56,803 nucleotides of DNA. Origin: Ramlibacter sp. Its GTDB lineage: Bacteria; Pseudomonadota; Gammaproteobacteria; Burkholderiales; Burkholderiaceae_C. Shown here one piece after another: positions 1-9,604 of this stretch; the stretch's first letter is position 1; each line of letters opens with the position of its first letter. The translations under genes and the position numbers were made by a program. The notes under the pieces were generated by a model. It did no database searches and had not been told where the DNA came from. It worked only from the letters and a program-made list of their open reading frames with translations. The DNA lies in the NCBI RefSeq assembly GCF_013697775.1, contig NZ_JACCWG010000161.1:1-56803 (forward strand). Direction: 5' to 3'.

Positions 1-2
1 AG

Positions 3-989
3 GCGGCGCAGCGCGCCTCGGCGGCGGTGGTCAGCATCAACACCAGCAAGGCGCCCGAGCGCCATCCGTCCAACGACCCGTGGTTCCGCTTCTTCTTCGG
101 CGAACAGGGCGCAGAGCCGCAGATGGGCCTGGGCAGCGGCGTGATCATCAGCACCGACGGCTTCATCCTGACCAACAACCACGTGGTGGAAGGCGCCGAC
201 GAGATCGACGTGGTGCTCAACGACAGCCGGCACGCGCGGGCCAAGGTGATCGGCACCGACCCCGACACCGACCTCGCCATCCTGAAGGTCGCCCTGGACC
301 GGCTGCCGGTCATCACGCTGGGCAACTCCGACAGCCTGCAGGTGGGCGACCAGGTGCTGGCGATCGGCAACCCCTTCGGCGTCGGACAGACGGTGACCAG
401 CGGCATCGTGAGCGCGCTGGGGCGCAACCAGCTGGGCATCAACACCTTCGAGAACTTCATCCAGACCGATGCGGCCATCAACCCCGGCAACTCGGGCGGC
501 GCCCTGGTCGACGTGAACGGCAACCTGATGGGCATCAACACCGCGATCTATTCGCGCTCGGGCGGCAGCATGGGCATCGGCTTCGCCATTCCGGTGTCCA
601 CCGCCAAGCTGGTGCTGGAAGGCATCGTCAAGGAAGGCGTGGTCACGCGCGGCTGGATCGGGGTGGAGCCGGCCGAGCTCTCGCCCGAGCTGATGGAAAC
701 CTTCGGCGTGAAGGCCAAGAAGGGCGTGCTGATCACCGGCGTGCTGCAGAACGCGCCGGCTGCGCAGGCCGGCATCCGGCCCGGCGACGTGATCGTGGAG
801 GTGGCGGGCAAGGACGTCAGCACCGTGTCGGAACTGCTCAGCAGCGTGGCGGGCTTGAAGCCGGGCGCGCCGGCGAAATTCCGCATCCAGCGGCGCGACG
901 ACACGAGCGAGCTCACTGTCACGCCCGGCAAGCGGCCCAAGCCCAAGCAGCAGCCGCAGGACCAGCGCCAGCCGCCCCAGCAGCGCTAA
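3..989 (+). CDS. degS: HtrA-family trypsin-like serine protease with one PDZ domain (5'-truncated by window edge)
   Basis: TNNHVV, DTDLA and GNSGG catalytic triad motifs; single PDZ; frame open from position 3. Confidence 0.85.
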   Translation, partial: AAQRASAAVVSINTSKAPERHPSNDPWFRFFFGEQGAEPQMGLGSGVIISTDGFILTNNHVVEGADEIDVVLNDSRHARAKVIGTDPDTDLAILKVALDRLPVITLGNSDSLQVGDQVLAIGNPFGVGQTVTSGIVSALGRNQLGINTFENFIQTDAAINPGNSGGALVDVNGNLMGINTAIYSRSGGSMGIGFAIPVSTAKLVLEGIVKEGVVTRGWIGVEPAELSPELMETFGVKAKKGVLITGVLQNAPAAQAGIRPGDVIVEVAGKDVSTVSELLSSVAGLKPGAPAKFRIQRRDDTSELTVTPGKRPKPKQQPQDQRQPPQQR

Positions 990-1002
990 TGGCGAATGGC
1001 GC

Positions 1003-1800
1003 TTACGGCTTCGCCGCCTCGGCGGGGTCGTCTTCCGGCGCTTTGGTGGTGCGCACGAACAGGTGCGCGCACACGATGCCGACCTCGTACAGGCCCCCCA
1101 CCACCGCCAGCAGGATCAGCATGGAACCGGCATCCGGCGGCGTGACCAGCGCCGTGGCCACGGCCGCGAGGACCCAGAAGTACCCGCGCCAGGCGCGCAG
1201 CTGCGCCACCTGCACCACGCCCATGCGCACCAGCAGGATGACCGCCACCGGCACCTCGAAGGCCAAGCCAAAGGCCAGGAACATGCCCAGCACGAAGCTC
1301 AGGTACTCCTCGATGTCAGGCGCCGCCGTGATGCTCTTGGGCGCGAAGCCCTGGATGAACTTGAACACCTGGCCGAACACGAAGAAGTAGCAGAACCCGA
1401 CGCCGATGAAGAACAGGATGCTGCTGGAGATCACCAGCGGCATCACCAGCTTCTTTTCGTGCGAATACAGGCCGGGCGCGACGAAGGCCCACACCTGGTA
1501 GAGCACGACCGGCAGCGCCAGCAGGAAGGCCGCCATGAACATGATCTTCAGCGGCACGATGAACGGCGAGATGACCGAGGTGGCGATCAGGGTCGCGCCC
1601 TTGGGCAGGTAGGCCACCAGCGGCGCGGCCAGCAGGTCGTACAGCGCCGACGGCCCGGGGTACAGCGCCAGCAGCGCCGCCATCACCCCCACCGCGAGGG
1701 CGGCCTTGATCAGCCGGTCGCGCAGCTCGAACAGGTGTTCGACGAAGGGCTGCTCGGTGCCTTCGAGTTCGTCTTTGGGATCGGGCGGGGAAGAGGACAT
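1003..1800 (-). CDS. tatC: Twin-arginine translocase subunit TatC
   Basis: PFVEHLFELRDRL, FVAPGLY and TPPD motifs; ATG at 1800; follows tatA-tatB. Confidence 0.95.
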   Translation of the reverse strand: MSSSPPDPKDELEGTEQPFVEHLFELRDRLIKAALAVGVMAALLALYPGPSALYDLLAAPLVAYLPKGATLIATSVISPFIVPLKIMFMAAFLLALPVVLYQVWAFVAPGLYSHEKKLVMPLVISSSILFFIGVGFCYFFVFGQVFKFIQGFAPKSITAAPDIEEYLSFVLGMFLAFGLAFEVPVAVILLVRMGVVQVAQLRAWRGYFWVLAAVATALVTPPDAGSMLILLAVVGGLYEVGIVCAHLFVRTTKAPEDDPAEAAKP

Positions 1801-1861
1801 GGGGAATCGTTGGCCGGCGCATCCGCGCGGAAAGAAGGAACAGGATCGCCGGCGCGGCCGC

Positions 1862-2314
1862 TCAGTTGAATTTTTGCGGCCGGTACTTCGCCACGCGCGC
1901 CGCGCCCGACAGCGCGCGGGTGCGCACACCGCTGCGCGCCTTGAACCAGTGCGGCACGGCGCCCTGCTTCAGGCGCCATTTCTTCTTCGGGTGCCGGTAC
2001 TCGGGGAAACCAGGCGGCCGCTGGTCCAGCGCGGTGGAGGTCGCATCCTCCCAGTGCTTCTCGAAATCGGCGGCGGTGGAGTGGATGGAGGTTTCGACGT
2101 CGCGCGCGGCGGTCTCCACCGATTCCTTCATCTTGCGCAGCTCGTCCAGCTCCATCGAGCGGTTGACCTCCGCCTTCACGTCGTTCACGTAGCGCTGGGC
2201 CTTGCCCAGCAGCGTGCCGACAGTGCGCGCCACGCGCGGCAGTTTCTCCGGCCCGATGACGATCAGCGCCACGGCGCCGATGAGCATCATCTTCGAGAGG
2301 CCGAGGTCGATCAT
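1862..2314 (-). CDS. tatB: Twin-arginine translocase subunit TatB
   Basis: N-terminal TM then [14 protein letters not shown]. Confidence 0.95.
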   Translation of the reverse strand: MIDLGLSKMMLIGAVALIVIGPEKLPRVARTVGTLLGKAQRYVNDVKAEVNRSMELDELRKMKESVETAARDVETSIHSTAADFEKHWEDATSTALDQRPPGFPEYRHPKKKWRLKQGAVPHWFKARSGVRTRALSGAARVAKYRPQKFN

Positions 2315-2336
2315 GGGCGCTGGGAAACCGCTCGGC

Positions 2337-2576
2337 TCAGGAACGGTTTTTGGCTTCGACGTCGATGGTGCCCTTGTCGACGGGCTGCTGCGCCGCCGTC
2401 ACCTGGCCGGCGGGCGGCACCGGCGTGTCGGGCGCGGAGCCGTCGCGCATGCCGTCCTTGAACCCCTTGACGGCGCCGCCGAGGTCTCCGCCCATGTTCT
2501 TGAGCTTCTTGGTGCCGAACACCAGCACGACGATCAACAGCACGATCAGCCAGTGCCAAATGGAAAACGAACCCAT
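2337..2576 (-). CDS. tatA: Twin-arginine translocase subunit TatA
   Basis: [25 protein letters not shown]; AGGAG SD upstream. Confidence 0.97.
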   Translation of the reverse strand: MGSFSIWHWLIVLLIVVLVFGTKKLKNMGGDLGGAVKGFKDGMRDGSAPDTPVPPAGQVTAAQQPVDKGTIDVEAKNRS

Positions 2577-2615
2577 GGTGTCTCCTACGGACGCGACAGT
2601 AATGCAATGAGGTGG

Positions 2616-2621
2616 ATTCTA
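2616..2621 (-). promoter_or_regulatory. Putative -10 element (TAGAAT) for tatABC
   Basis: TAGAAT 39 nt upstream of tatA ATG; no clear -35. Confidence 0.45.
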
Positions 2622-2666
2622 GACCCGCGCCGGAAGTTCACTTGCGGCAAAGTGCCGAGCTCAAGC

Positions 2667-3029
2667 TCAGCCTTTCTTCCACGGGCGGGGGCCGCCGATC
2701 ACGTGGAAGTGCAGGTGGTGCACCTCCTGGCCGCCGTGTTCGCCGACGTTGGACACCAGCCGGAAGCCGCCGTCCGGGTACGGCACGCAGCCCTCCTGCT
2801 GGGCCAGCTGGGGCACCCGCGCCATCATGCGCCCGAGCATCGCCGCGTGGCGCTCCTCGACGTGGGCAATCGACACGATGTGCTCCTTGGGAATCATCAG
2901 GAAGTGCACCGGCGCCCACGGGTTGATGTCGTGGAAGGCGAACATCTCCTCGTCTTCGTAGACCTTGCGCGAGGGGATCTTGCCCTCGGCGATCTTGCAG
3001 AAGATGCAGTTCGGGTCGGAATGGCTCAT
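2667..3029 (-). CDS. hinT: Histidine triad (HIT) nucleotide-binding protein
   Basis: CIFCKI and GQEVHHLHFHVIGG motifs. Confidence 0.93.
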   Translation of the reverse strand: MSHSDPNCIFCKIAEGKIPSRKVYEDEEMFAFHDINPWAPVHFLMIPKEHIVSIAHVEERHAAMLGRMMARVPQLAQQEGCVPYPDGGFRLVSNVGEHGGQEVHHLHFHVIGGPRPWKKG

Positions 3030-3042
3030 ACCGGTGGCTCTT

Positions 3043-3414
3043 TCAAGAGGGCATGCGCAGGCTGTCGAAGCGCAGCCAGCCGCGCACGAAACGGTACACG
3101 TACCAGGCGCCGATCACGAACCAGGCGGTCGCGCCCGGCACGAAGAACAGCAGCCACAGCGGGCTGGACACCAGCAGCCACAGCATCGTCCACCAGAAGG
3201 TGGAGATCATGTAGTCGTGGTGCGCCGTGTACAGCGCGTCGTGTTCGTCGCCGCGCTTGACGTAGTTGATGATCAGCGCCACCACCGACGCCGACCACAG
3301 CGTGAACGGCGCCACGGCGTGCATGGCGTACAGCACGTTCATCATGGTGCGGTCGCCCGAGGTCTTCGCGTCGATGGTGGTGATGTCCTGCTGTCCGCCC
3401 ATGCGTCGGTTCAT
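3043..3414 (-). CDS. Small integral membrane protein (DUF4870-like)
   Basis: Three hydrophobic segments, IINYVKR...H...ISTFWW pattern; ATGA overlap with hisE stop. Confidence 0.75.
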   Translation of the reverse strand: MNRRMGGQQDITTIDAKTSGDRTMMNVLYAMHAVAPFTLWSASVVALIINYVKRGDEHDALYTAHHDYMISTFWWTMLWLLVSSPLWLLFFVPGATAWFVIGAWYVYRFVRGWLRFDSLRMPS

Positions 3415-3779
3415 TCGCCTGCTCCTTCGCGCCCGAGCGCCTTGCGCAGGGCTTTTTCTTCCAGACCACTCATGCCTTCGCGGCGCTCCAGTTCGGCGAT
3501 CACGTCGGCCGGCGACAGGCCGTAGTGGGCCAGCGCGATCATCGAGTGGAACCACAGGTCGGCCACCTCGCCGACCAGCTTGTGCGGCGCGCCGCCATGG
3601 TCCGCGTCCTTGGCAGCCATGACCACCTCGGTGGCTTCCTCGCCGATCTTCTTGAGGAAGGCGTCCGGGCCCTTGTGCAGCAGCCGCGCCACGTAGCTGG
3701 CCTCGGGGTCGCCGCCATTGGCGGGCTTGCGGCTTTCGATGATGGCGGCCAGCCGGGCGAGCGAATCGTTGGAGCGCAT
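3411..3779 (-). CDS. hisE: Phosphoribosyl-ATP diphosphatase
   Basis: SYVARLL...KKIGEEATE...EVADLWFH. Confidence 0.95.
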   Translation of the reverse strand: MRSNDSLARLAAIIESRKPANGGDPEASYVARLLHKGPDAFLKKIGEEATEVVMAAKDADHGGAPHKLVGEVADLWFHSMIALAHYGLSPADVIAELERREGMSGLEEKALRKALGREGAGE

Positions 3780-3784
3780 GGTGC

Positions 3785-4174
3785 TCAGGTGTAGATGGCC
3801 GAGGGATCTTTCAAGACCGGCTCGACCGCATGCCAGGCGCCGTCCTTGTAAAGATGGAAGAAGCAGCTGTGGCGGCCGGTGTGGCAGGCGATGGACGGAT
3901 CGTGCCCGTGCTGGGTGACTTTGAGCAGCAGCACGTCGTTGTCGCAGTCCATGCGGATTTCGTGCACCTGCTGCACGTGGCCCGATTCCTCGCCCTTGAA
4001 CCACAGCCTCGCGCGCGAGCGGCTGAAGTACACGGCGCGCCCGAGCGCCGCGGTCTCGCGCAGGGCTTCGCGGTCCATCCAGGCGAACATCAGCACGTCG
4101 CCGGACGACGCTTCCTGCGCAATGACGGGGACCAGCCCCTGGGCGTCCCACTTGATTTCGTCCAGCCAATCCAT
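3785..4174 (-). CDS. hisI: Phosphoribosyl-AMP cyclohydrolase
   Basis: [18 protein letters not shown] and [10 protein letters not shown] motifs. Confidence 0.96.
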   Translation of the reverse strand: MDWLDEIKWDAQGLVPVIAQEASSGDVLMFAWMDREALRETAALGRAVYFSRSRARLWFKGEESGHVQQVHEIRMDCDNDVLLLKVTQHGHDPSIACHTGRHSCFFHLYKDGAWHAVEPVLKDPSAIYT

Positions 4175-4181
4175 GGCGCTA

Positions 4182-4961
4182 TTAGAGCCGAACCGGAATG
4201 CCGCGCTCGGCCATGCGCGCCTTGGCCTGGCCCACGGTGTATTCGCCGTAGTGGAAGATGCTGGCAGCCAGCACCGCGTCGGCACCGCCCTGCTGGATGC
4301 CGTCGGCCAAGTGGTCCAGGTTGCCGACGCCGCCCGAGGCGATCACCGGCACCGGCACCGCGTCGCTGACGGCGCGGGTGAGTTCCAGGTCGAAGCCGGC
4401 CTTGGTGCCGTCGCGGTCCATGCTGGTCAGCAGGATCTCGCCGGCGCCGCGCCGCGCCATCTCGGCGGCCCACTGCACCGCGTCCAGGCCGGTGTTGCGG
4501 CGCCCGCCGTGGCTGTACACGTCCCAGCCCGGCCCGCGGGTGGCGGCCTCGCCGGCGCTGCGCCGCTTGGCGTCGATCGCCACCACGATGCACTGCGCGC
4601 CGTACTTGGCCGACGCCGCGGTGATCACGTCGGGATTGGCGATGGCGGCGGAATTGAAGCTGGTCTTGTCCGCACCCGCGTTCAGCAGGCGCCGCACGTC
4701 TTCCACCGTGCGCACGCCGCCGCCCACCGTGAGCGGAATGAACACCTGCGAGGCGACGCCCTCGATGATGTGCAGGATCAGGTCGCGGTCGTCGCTGGTG
4801 GCGGTGATGTCCAGGAAGGTGAGTTCGTCGGCGCCCTGCTCGTTGTAGCGCGCGGCGATCTCCACCGGGTCGCCGGCGTCGCGCAGTTCGAGGAAGTTGA
4901 CGCCTTTGACGACGCGCCCGCCGGTGACGTCCAGGCAGGGAATGATGCGTTTTGCGAGCAT
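4182..4961 (-). CDS. hisF: Imidazole glycerol phosphate synthase cyclase subunit
   Basis: [21 protein letters not shown] and LAASIFH. Confidence 0.98.
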   Translation of the reverse strand: MLAKRIIPCLDVTGGRVVKGVNFLELRDAGDPVEIAARYNEQGADELTFLDITATSDDRDLILHIIEGVASQVFIPLTVGGGVRTVEDVRRLLNAGADKTSFNSAAIANPDVITAASAKYGAQCIVVAIDAKRRSAGEAATRGPGWDVYSHGGRRNTGLDAVQWAAEMARRGAGEILLTSMDRDGTKAGFDLELTRAVSDAVPVPVIASGGVGNLDHLADGIQQGGADAVLAASIFHYGEYTVGQAKARMAERGIPVRL

Positions 4962-4967
4962 GCCGCC

Positions 4968-4973
4968 ATTCTA
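4968..4973 (-). promoter_or_regulatory. Putative -10 (TAGAAT) 6 nt before the hisF ATG (leaderless-type)
   Basis: TAGAAT-ggcggc-ATG on minus strand; no SD. Confidence 0.55.
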
Positions 4974-4998
4974 GGTTTCATCGCCGGGCAGGCCGCGG

Positions 4999-5982
4999 CT
5001 ACTCGGCCGCGATGCCGCGTGCCTTGATCAGGGACGCCAGCATCTCGGATTCGCGGTTCAGCAGCGTCTTGAAGCCGCGCTGGTCCAGCCATTGCGGTTC
5101 GGCCGCGAAGGTCGCGAAGCGCTGGCGCACGTCGGCGTCCACGAGCGCCTTGCGCACCGCGTTGCCCAGCGTGCCGACCACGTCGGCCGGCGTCGCCGGC
5201 GGAGCCCACAGGCCATACCAGATGTCCAGCTCGGAGGCCTTCACGCCCTGTTCGGCCAGCGTGGGCGTCTCGGGGAAGAAAGGCGAGCGGCGTGCGCTGG
5301 CCACCCCCAGCAGCTTGACCTTGCCGGCCCGGATGAAGGGCAAGGCACTTCCCGGGTCGAAGACGAAATCCACCTGCCCGGAGGCCACGTCCTGCAGCGC
5401 GGGCGCGGCGCCGCGGTAGGGAATGTGCGTCACGAAGATCTGCGCCTGCTGCTTGAACAGCTCGCCCGCAAGATGCGGAGGCGTGGCATTGCCGGCCGAC
5501 GCATACGTCATGCGGCCGGGCGTCGAACGCGCCTGGGCGACCAAGGCTCGCGCGTCGCTGCCGGGCAGGTCGGGGCGGGCAACGAGGTACAGCTGGCTGG
5601 ACGCAACGGCGCAGACGGGCTGCAGGTCGCGCGACGGCACCAGCTGCGATTTGTAGAGCCACGGATTGGCCGTCTCCACACCGGTGGGCGCGAACAGGAA
5701 GGCCTGCCCCTCGCCGCCGGCACGCGCCACTTCCAGCGCCGCGATGTTGCTGCTCGCGCCGGGCCGGTTCTCGATGGTGATCTGCTGGCCTATGTCGGCA
5801 CCGACCTTTTGCGCCATGAGGCGCGCCATCACGTCGGTGATGCCGCCAGGCGGATAGCCCACGACCCAGCGGATCGGGCGCGTCGGCCACGCGGGCTGGG
5901 CTCTGACCGTGCCCAGCCCGGCCAGCAGCGCGGGCACGGCCAGCATGGCCGTGCGGCGGGACGTCTTGTTGCTCTCGTTCAC
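4999..5982 (-). CDS. Bug/TctC tripartite tricarboxylate transporter substrate-binding protein
   Basis: WPTRPIRWVVGYPPGGITD, ENRPGA, HIPYRG and PTLAEQG; RR-containing signal peptide; GGGAGG SD before GTG. Confidence 0.93.
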   Translation of the reverse strand: MNESNKTSRRTAMLAVPALLAGLGTVRAQPAWPTRPIRWVVGYPPGGITDVMARLMAQKVGADIGQQITIENRPGASSNIAALEVARAGGEGQAFLFAPTGVETANPWLYKSQLVPSRDLQPVCAVASSQLYLVARPDLPGSDARALVAQARSTPGRMTYASAGNATPPHLAGELFKQQAQIFVTHIPYRGAAPALQDVASGQVDFVFDPGSALPFIRAGKVKLLGVASARRSPFFPETPTLAEQGVKASELDIWYGLWAPPATPADVVGTLGNAVRKALVDADVRQRFATFAAEPQWLDQRGFKTLLNRESEMLASLIKARGIAAE

Positions 5983-6026
5983 GTGGGTCCTCCCTGTTGT
6001 CGTTCGTTGTTGCTATGCGTTGTCCG

Positions 6027-7523
6027 TCATTCCAGGCCGCTGCCCAGCTGGTCGCGCAGCACGTGCTTCAACACCTTCCCCGAGGCATTGCGCGGCAGCT
6101 GCGCCATGAACACCAGCCGTTGCGGCAGCTTGAAGCCGGCCAGCCGGTCGCGCGCGAACGCGCGCAGCTGCTCCAGCAGCAGGTGCTCGCCCTGGCGGCG
6201 CACGACCACGGCCGTCACGGCCTCGCCCCAGCGGGGATCCGGGCAGCCGATGACCGCGACGTCGGCGATGGCGGGATGCGCGGCCAGCACGTTCTCGACT
6301 TCCGCGGGAGACACCTTCTCCCCGCCGGTGTCGATGACGTCCTTGATCCGGTCGCGCACGTACAGGAATCCTTCCTCGTCCAGCGAGCCCAGGTCGCCGG
6401 TCTGCAGCCAGCCGTCCAGCACCGTGGATGCCGTCGCCTGCGTGTTGCCCCAGTAGCCAAGCATGCATTGCGGCCCCCGGTAGACGATGTGGCCGACGGC
6501 GCCCGCGGCCACCGCCTTGCCGCGCTCGTCCACGACACGGATCTCGCCCGTGTCGAATGCCTTGCCGCACGACAGCAGGCGCCGCCCGGCCTCGATTTCC
6601 GCGGGGTCGAGCGCGGTGAACATGCCCGTGCTCTCGGTCATGCCGTACACGTGGTACATGCGGGCGCGGGGAAACGCGGCGCGCGCGCGCGCGATCAACT
6701 CCTCGGGCATGGCGGAGGCGCCGAAGCACAGGGCGCCGAGCGACTCCACGTGCACGCACCTGCGCTCCATTTCCTCGGTCACCATGCGGATCACGGCCGG
6801 GACCAGCAGCGTCTTGGTGATCCGGTGCTGCACCATGGCGTCGACGATCGCCGCGGCCTGCACCTCGCCGTGCAGGAAGATGTGCGCGCCCGAGATGAGC
6901 GAGAACAGCGCCCAGTCGACGCCGGCGATGTGGAACAGCGGAAGGCACACCAGCGCCCGGTCTTCCGGGTTGAACGCCCCGAGCGCGCGCGCGCCGGTCT
7001 GCGCGATGGACGCGATGTTGGCGTGCGTCAGCATCACGCCCTTGGGCTTGCCCGTGGTGCCGGAGGTGTACATCTGCAGCAGCACGGCGGTTGCTTCCGC
7101 GCGCTGCGGCGATGCGGCCGCCGCGCCCTGCGCCTCCGGCGCGCGCCCCAGGCTCTCGGCCGCGTCGAGCGAGCCGAAGCGGCCCGGCACGCCAGCCATG
7201 CCGGCGGAGTCCGCCACGATGCGGCTCGGCGCGCAGTCGTCCAGGATGCCGCCGATCTCCGACGGCGAGAGCCGCGTGTTGATCGGCACCAGCGCGGCGC
7301 CGATGGCGCAGCAGGCCAGCAGCAGCTCGAAGAACCAGGGTCCGTTCTTGGCCACCAGCGCGATCCTGTCGCCCGGCTGCACGCCGGCGGCGCGCAGCCA
7401 TTGGGCGACGTCGTCGGCGCGCTGGAGCAGTTCCCCGTAGGAGATCGCGGGTCCGTCGCCGAAGGTGATGGCGGGTGCATCCACCCCCCCCGGGTGCTGC
7501 TTCACCATGTCCAGGAAATTCAT
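6027..7523 (-). CDS. AMP-forming acyl-CoA synthetase (long-chain fatty acid-CoA ligase-like)
   Basis: YTSGTTGKPKG, YGMTE, GWLQTGDLG and LPRNASGKV motifs. Confidence 0.92.
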   Translation of the reverse strand: MNFLDMVKQHPGGVDAPAITFGDGPAISYGELLQRADDVAQWLRAAGVQPGDRIALVAKNGPWFFELLLACCAIGAALVPINTRLSPSEIGGILDDCAPSRIVADSAGMAGVPGRFGSLDAAESLGRAPEAQGAAAASPQRAEATAVLLQMYTSGTTGKPKGVMLTHANIASIAQTGARALGAFNPEDRALVCLPLFHIAGVDWALFSLISGAHIFLHGEVQAAAIVDAMVQHRITKTLLVPAVIRMVTEEMERRCVHVESLGALCFGASAMPEELIARARAAFPRARMYHVYGMTESTGMFTALDPAEIEAGRRLLSCGKAFDTGEIRVVDERGKAVAAGAVGHIVYRGPQCMLGYWGNTQATASTVLDGWLQTGDLGSLDEEGFLYVRDRIKDVIDTGGEKVSPAEVENVLAAHPAIADVAVIGCPDPRWGEAVTAVVVRRQGEHLLLEQLRAFARDRLAGFKLPQRLVFMAQLPRNASGKVLKHVLRDQLGSGLE

Positions 7524-7530
7524 ACCGAGG

Positions 7531-8856
7531 TCACTCCACGAAAATGCGGGCAATCGAGCCGATCGAGCAGTACATGACGTCCCGGTGCCAGCCGGCGGAG
7601 AGGAACATCCCATTGGCGGTGGTGCTCTGCGTGGCGACGCGGCCTATCTCGGCCCCGGTCTCCACGTCGAGCAGCACCAGTTCGTCGCGACCGCGCTGGA
7701 AGTCGTTGACCATCACTTCGCCGGTGTCCGGAAAGAGGATCATCTGCATGGAAATGCGGCAGGGCTTGGCCCATAGCTTCTCGAAGCCGCCGGCCGTGTG
7801 GCGCCAGCCGCCGATCCAGCCGTTGCCCGTGTCGAAGCCGATCGCGACCTGGCGCACCGGGTCGAACCCCGGCGGGCTGAAGATGCTGCCGCGCGGCAGG
7901 CCGAACATGTCCAGCACCTCCATCCGGGCCCCGTCCGCAGTGTTCGCCGTGTCGATGCGGATCAGCTTCTGCGGGCTGGACGCGAGGCCGTGGAACGCGG
8001 CGCCCCGGCGCGGGCGCACGGCACCGACCTGCGGCGTGGAGAAGATCGCCACATTGGCTTCGTTGTCGCCGTTGTCCTGGCACCAGCACGCGCCCGGGGT
8101 GATGCACGAATCCCAGGAAAAGGATTGCGCGTCGTCCGGCAGCGTGCGGTAGAGCGGCTGCCAGCCCTCGTCCAGCGCCAGCGTGCCGCTCTCGTAGCGG
8201 TACCTGTAGAAATGGTGGCTGCCCGGCACGTACACCCGCTGGCCGCCGGCGTCCGTGCCCATCGCGATGCGGCCCATGGACACCTCGGGAATCGCGATCT
8301 CCGGGCCGACCTGCTCCAGCCGCTCGGCCTCCAGCACGACGAACTTCGAGGCGCGCGAAGCGTCGCGCTCGATGTTCTTCATGACCAGCATGCCGTCGTG
8401 CATCACCAGCAGGCTGTTGTATGCCGCGTCCTGCGGCAGCACCGCCTGGGCGACGACCTGGCAGTCCCTGTCCAGCTTGAAGCACCGGTTGCCGTTGTTC
8501 GCGTACAGGTAGCCGTTCTCGTGCACCACGATCCCGCCGCACCAGGTGTGCCCGCCCGCCGGCAGCCTGGGCGACGCGGAAATGGTCTCCAGCGTCAGCG
8601 GATCGAGCCGTTCCACCGCGGCATAGCGCTCGGCGCTGTCCAGGTGGTTGTTGTAAAGCAGGTATAGCTCGCCAGGAGCGCGCAGCACCATCATGACGTT
8701 CCACTCGCCGTTGTGGCGCGTCACCTGGGCCAGCCGCTCGCCCTGGCGCAAGCCGATGCCCGCCGAACGGGGCGCCTTCTGCCGGCGCGGTCCGCCGCAC
8801 TCGGCGGGCCACGGGCTGTCGTAGTAGCCGGGTATCCGGCCTTCCCTGTCTATCAT
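7531..8856 (-). CDS. Hypothetical 441-aa protein, probably beta-propeller-like, no obvious signal peptide
   Basis: Long ORF with natural composition and repeated beta-strand/turn units (GGIVVHENGYLY, NSLLVMHDGMLV); ends 7 nt before the ligase ATG. Confidence 0.75.
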   Translation of the reverse strand: MIDREGRIPGYYDSPWPAECGGPRRQKAPRSAGIGLRQGERLAQVTRHNGEWNVMMVLRAPGELYLLYNNHLDSAERYAAVERLDPLTLETISASPRLPAGGHTWCGGIVVHENGYLYANNGNRCFKLDRDCQVVAQAVLPQDAAYNSLLVMHDGMLVMKNIERDASRASKFVVLEAERLEQVGPEIAIPEVSMGRIAMGTDAGGQRVYVPGSHHFYRYRYESGTLALDEGWQPLYRTLPDDAQSFSWDSCITPGACWCQDNGDNEANVAIFSTPQVGAVRPRRGAAFHGLASSPQKLIRIDTANTADGARMEVLDMFGLPRGSIFSPPGFDPVRQVAIGFDTGNGWIGGWRHTAGGFEKLWAKPCRISMQMILFPDTGEVMVNDFQRGRDELVLLDVETGAEIGRVATQSTTANGMFLSAGWHRDVMYCSIGSIARIFVE

Positions 8857-8875
8857 TGGTCTCACCGCCCTGAAT

Positions 8876-8889
8876 TTACCCAAGGGTAA
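8876..8889. promoter_or_regulatory. Palindrome TTACCC-AA-GGGTAA, candidate TetR operator
   Basis: Perfect 6-bp inverted repeat in the AT-rich 46-bp divergent intergenic region. Confidence 0.6.
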
Positions 8890-8902
8890 GATTAATTCTC
8901 CC

Positions 8903-9604
8903 ATGAGAAAACTCCATACCCCAGAAGATCGCTCGGATACCCCGGCCAACTTCCGCTGGGGACCGGGCAATGCGGCGCCCGATGCGGTCCAGGAACAAAA
9001 GCGCGAAGCCATCCTCGCCGCGGCGGCGGAGCTGTTCAACCGCAATGGCTACATGCGCACCTCGCTGACCGACGTGGCGCAAAGCCTGGCGCTCACCAAG
9101 GCGGCGCTCTACTACTATTTCAAAGACAAGCAGAGCCTCTTGTTCGCCTGCTCGCTGGTGGCCCACCAGGGTGCCCAGCGCGTGGTGGAAGAGGCTTTGC
9201 GCGACGACGGCGGCGCGAACGGCCTGCAGGGTCTTTCCGTGTGCCTGCAACGCTATGCACTGCACGTGATGGACGGAAACTTCCAGTCGGTGATGTTCCT
9301 GGACTCGCGCGAATTCAGCGACGAGCAGGTGACCCAGGTCCTGGGATGCCGCGACGCTTTCGACCGCGGCCTGCGCGAGCTCATTCAGCGGGGGGTGGAC
9401 GACGGCTCGATCCGCCCCTGCGATCCCAAGCTGGCTTCACTCACGCTGCTGGGGGCGGTGAACTGGATCGCGCGCTGGTACCGACCCGGCGGCGCCCTGT
9501 CCATCGAGGCGGTCGCCGAGCAGGTGGTCAGCTACGCGCTCACCGGCATCGCGACGCCGGCGGGCGTCAGCTCGCCAGCTGGTCGGCGCGCTCCTGCGCC
9601 TTGA
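8903..9604 (+). CDS. TetR-family transcriptional regulator (KstR2-like C-terminal domain)
   Basis: [18 protein letters not shown]...[11 protein letters not shown]; [12 protein letters not shown]-terminal motif. Confidence 0.92.
   Translation: MRKLHTPEDRSDTPANFRWGPGNAAPDAVQEQKREAILAAAAELFNRNGYMRTSLTDVAQSLALTKAALYYYFKDKQSLLFACSLVAHQGAQRVVEEALRDDGGANGLQGLSVCLQRYALHVMDGNFQSVMFLDSREFSDEQVTQVLGCRDAFDRGLRELIQRGVDDGSIRPCDPKLASLTLLGAVNWIARWYRPGGALSIEAVAEQVVSYALTGIATPAGVSSPAGRRAPAP

Noticed and set aside
2616-2640. GAACTT...TCTAG as a sigmaE promoter for tatA
   Set aside because: Spacer is 10 nt, far shorter than the roughly 16 nt required.
4962-9566. att sites or target-site duplications at the islet borders
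   Set aside because: No convincing direct or inverted repeat found by eye at either junction; no integrase or tRNA.
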